12,366 nt of DNA, from the NCBI GenBank assembly GCA_964035545.1, contig CAXIUT010000247.1, forward strand, positions 1 through 12,366, given 5' to 3'. The translations under genes and the position numbers were made by a program. Each line of letters opens with the position of its first letter. The stretch's first letter is position 1. The notes under the pieces were generated by a model. The model was not told where the DNA came from and did not search any database. It saw only the letters and a list, made by a program, of their open reading frames with translations. Positions 10,356-12,366 of this stretch are shown here, one piece after another. The stretch comes from Bugula neritina (taxonomy: Eukaryota > Animalia > Bryozoa).

Positions 10356-10882
10356 ATGTCGAATTTTAAATTATCAACAAAATTTACCTTTTGGCTTCAA
10401 GAAGGAGATACAGTCAAATACTAACTCTACTCATAAAGTCTTAAAGCAATATCTACTTTCTCAGAAAGCAAGTAGTTCTGGTAATTTTTCCAATTCCTCA
10501 AAAAAACCACTGATCTTCCAAGTATTTATGTTAATATGTAGATTGTGATATGTATCTTTTCAAGTAGGGTTTGAAGCCCTAGTGGTAGGACAAAAGTAAC
10601 GTGGGTGGAGGTTTTTTCAAGATTCGTATATAAAAGAAGCGTTCAAATAAGCTTTGGGAGAACAGTGTATTTAGTATGATAAGTCCAAAAAATAAACATA
10701 TCGATATAATGAATGGAATTAGAATTAAAATTAGATAAAATTATGATTAACTGTAATTATGGATGAATTCCTCAGTTTCAGATAAATAAAAACTATAATC
10801 AATGAAAAACTATATAAAAGAAAATGTACTAATCACAGACTAAAGATCTTTCAATGTCATACCATTCGCATCAAAAAAATGA
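10356..10882 (+). CDS. eIF4E: eIF4E-family cap-binding protein, divergent (class II-like aromatic pattern), 168 aa; exons 10356-10521, 10542-10882
   Basis: LSTKFTFW, TFSESKEFW, DMYLFKEGLKPEW[TAG]DKSNVGGG, KLWEN, GIRIKIR...LELW follow the eIF4E aromatic-residue ladder. One 20-nt intron; spliced length 507 nt; TGA at 10880-10882. Confidence 0.9.
10522..10541 (+). other. 20-nt spliceosomal intron (eIF4E)
   Basis: GTATTTATGTTAATATGTAG; removal joins ...DLP-N to CDMYLFK in frame. Confidence 0.92.
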
Positions 10883-10931
10883 TAAAAATAAACTAATCAT
10901 ACAAATTTATATATATTTATCAATATTAATA

Positions 10932-12122
10932 TCATCTAAGATGAGATATATTCTAAGCAGTCACTGCTAACCTAGAATTAGTAGACTATATTATTTCTAC
11001 AGACTTATTTTTTCTATCTAGCATTTATCTAGCTTCTTAATCCAATCTAATATAGTTAGCTAGCTATTTTTATATTTCATTATTATTTCTTTAAGCTTCC
11101 ATTATCTACATAAGTATTTTATCAACTCTTTAATTAAGAGATTTATTCTAAGACGATAAAACCTGATGATCATTATACAACCCATCTCGATCCAATATTG
11201 CTGAATCTAAATTATTTTAAACCTTTCTTAACTAACTCTCAAATGTTTTCATAGTTTGAGCCTGCTCCTTATTACCATTCATCATCTTCTGCAAATTGTC
11301 ACTCACCTAGTTATAATCCTCTTGACTTTTAATACACTACCTTTATAGTTTTCTTGTTTTGTCTCGCAAATTGTCTATCTAAATATTTAGAGTTTCTAGT
11401 TTTTTGTATGTAGTATTTACAACATGATCTCTACTTTCAGCTTAATCTAATAACTATATATTTTTAGATCTACATCATTATTATCTTTTTATGCTACAGA
11501 TAAAATACTATGTAATTTATTATTTGCTGCCTATATACTTCTCCCTTATTTCTACAAAGCCTTCAATAATTCCATATTCTACTACAATGATACCACATAT
11601 CTCTAATTTTAAACTTCAATCATATTTCTATCTTATTTATGATTTTTAATCTAAATTCTAAAACATTTACTTTAATAGTTTGATTTTTATTTTACTCATT
11701 TATCTGTTAGTTTTGAGCATTTATCTATTGATTAGATTTTAACAAAGCTCCTATCTAATTCTATTTATTCTAACAACTTCTCTTGATACCTGTATTGTCC
11801 CTCAGTATCTCTTCGAATTGAACTGATAATCTATGAATTTGCATCTTTATATTATCACTCTCAGTTCTCAATTCAAGAATATTCTTTCTATTAATCTACA
11901 ACTTAATTCTATGTATAATTAAAGTTACTTTTGTTCGCTTTATATTCTTTACCTTTCATCAGCTAACATATCATACTTTGATTCAATATTATTCACCTAA
12001 TTTTCTAAAGGAATATATTAATGCTCTTTATCTTTCAAATCGTAGAGCTATTTTTTCAAGGATGCGATCAATGACTCTTTTTGATTATTTTCAATTTGTT
12101 CACTATTATTTCCTCTGTACAT
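10932..12122 (-). CDS. Coiled-coil protein of unknown function, 376 aa; exons 12122-11929, 11908-11671, 11650-11474, 11453-10932
   Basis: MYRGNNSEQ...KESLIASLKKELYDLKDKEHEY...ELANYIRLDEEAREMLDRKNKSV...HLR*. Heptad-like, E/K/N-rich throughout. Three 20-nt GTA..AG introns sit where the TGA-free frame switches. Spliced length is 1131 nt. Confidence 0.85.
11454..11473 (-). other. 20-nt spliceosomal intron (coiled-coil gene intron 3)
   Basis: GTAGATCTAAAAATATATAG; the downstream frame has a TGA just upstream of this point, so a frame switch is required here. Confidence 0.85.
11651..11670 (-). other. 20-nt spliceosomal intron (coiled-coil gene intron 2)
   Basis: GTAAATGTTTTAGAATTTAG, located at a required frame switch. 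Confidence 0.85.
11909..11928 (-). other. 20-nt spliceosomal intron (coiled-coil gene intron 1)
   Basis: GTAACTTTAATTATACATAG, located at a required frame switch. Confidence 0.85.
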
Positions 12123-12210
12123 TTATTATAAACGTTAAAGACTCTTCAAAATATATATAATTATTATCATACAATCAGAATAAAATAAAAATATAAAAAT
12201 ATCATATTCA

Positions 12211-12366
12211 GGGGTTGGGGTTGGGGTTGGGGTTGGGGTTGGGGTTGGGGTTGGGGTTGGGGTTGGGGTTGGGGTTGGGGTTGGGGTTGGGGTTGGGGTT
12301 GGGGGGGTTGGGGTTGGGGTTGGGGTTGGGGTTGGGGTTGGGGTTGGGGTTGGGGTTGGGGTTGGG
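12211..12366. repeat. Right telomere, (GGGGTT)n
   Basis: Tandem GGGGTT from 12211 to the end, the reverse complement of the left-end repeat. Confidence 0.98.

Noticed and set aside
1782-10882. Standard ciliate code (UAR=Gln, table 6) or a split code with different amino acids for UAA and UAG
   Set aside because: UAR=Gln would give GQGTYG, PSTAVRQ, APQ, DLAGSQR and WQD, destroying invariant Glu residues. TAA and TAG each independently map to Glu.
1055-12160. Standard-code ORFs 1055-1237(+), 2496-2690(+), 6243-6461(-), 7054-7308(+), 7821-8036(+), 9218-9445(+), 11978-12160(+)
   Set aside because: They are antisense or off-frame shadows of longer genes that appear once TAA/TAG are read as sense. 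ORFs 1081-1269, 1821-2159 and 4470-4775 are partial fragments of the YIPF, CDK and kinesin genes.
1-12366. Mobile elements, CRISPR arrays or prokaryotic defence systems
   Set aside because: I saw no transposase, terminal repeats or spaced repeats. The window is accounted for by eukaryotic genes, short spacers and telomeres.

Overview
This is a complete telomere-to-telomere ciliate macronuclear minichromosome of 12.4 kb, with (CCCCAA)n on the left and (GGGGTT)n on the right. It does not use the standard code, so the supplied ORF track is mostly fragments and shadow ORFs. Hand translation shows in-frame TAA and TAG at invariant glutamate positions of four unrelated conserved proteins (CDK, kinesin, USP39, eIF4E). 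This is the UAR=Glu code with TGA as the only stop (NCBI table 30, known from peritrich ciliates). Under that code the window holds nine tightly packed protein genes: a hypothetical protein, a YIPF1-like protein, a CDK1-like kinase, a D-box/B-box-like coiled-coil protein, a KIF15-like kinesin, a FAM161-like protein, USP39/Sad1, an atypical eIF4E and a coiled-coil protein. It also holds a tRNA gene with a CUA anticodon, a candidate decoder of the reassigned UAG codon. All eight introns I could infer are exactly 20 nt, GTA...AG, with an invariant A six nt from the 3' end. Everything was derived by manual reading; no database searches were run.
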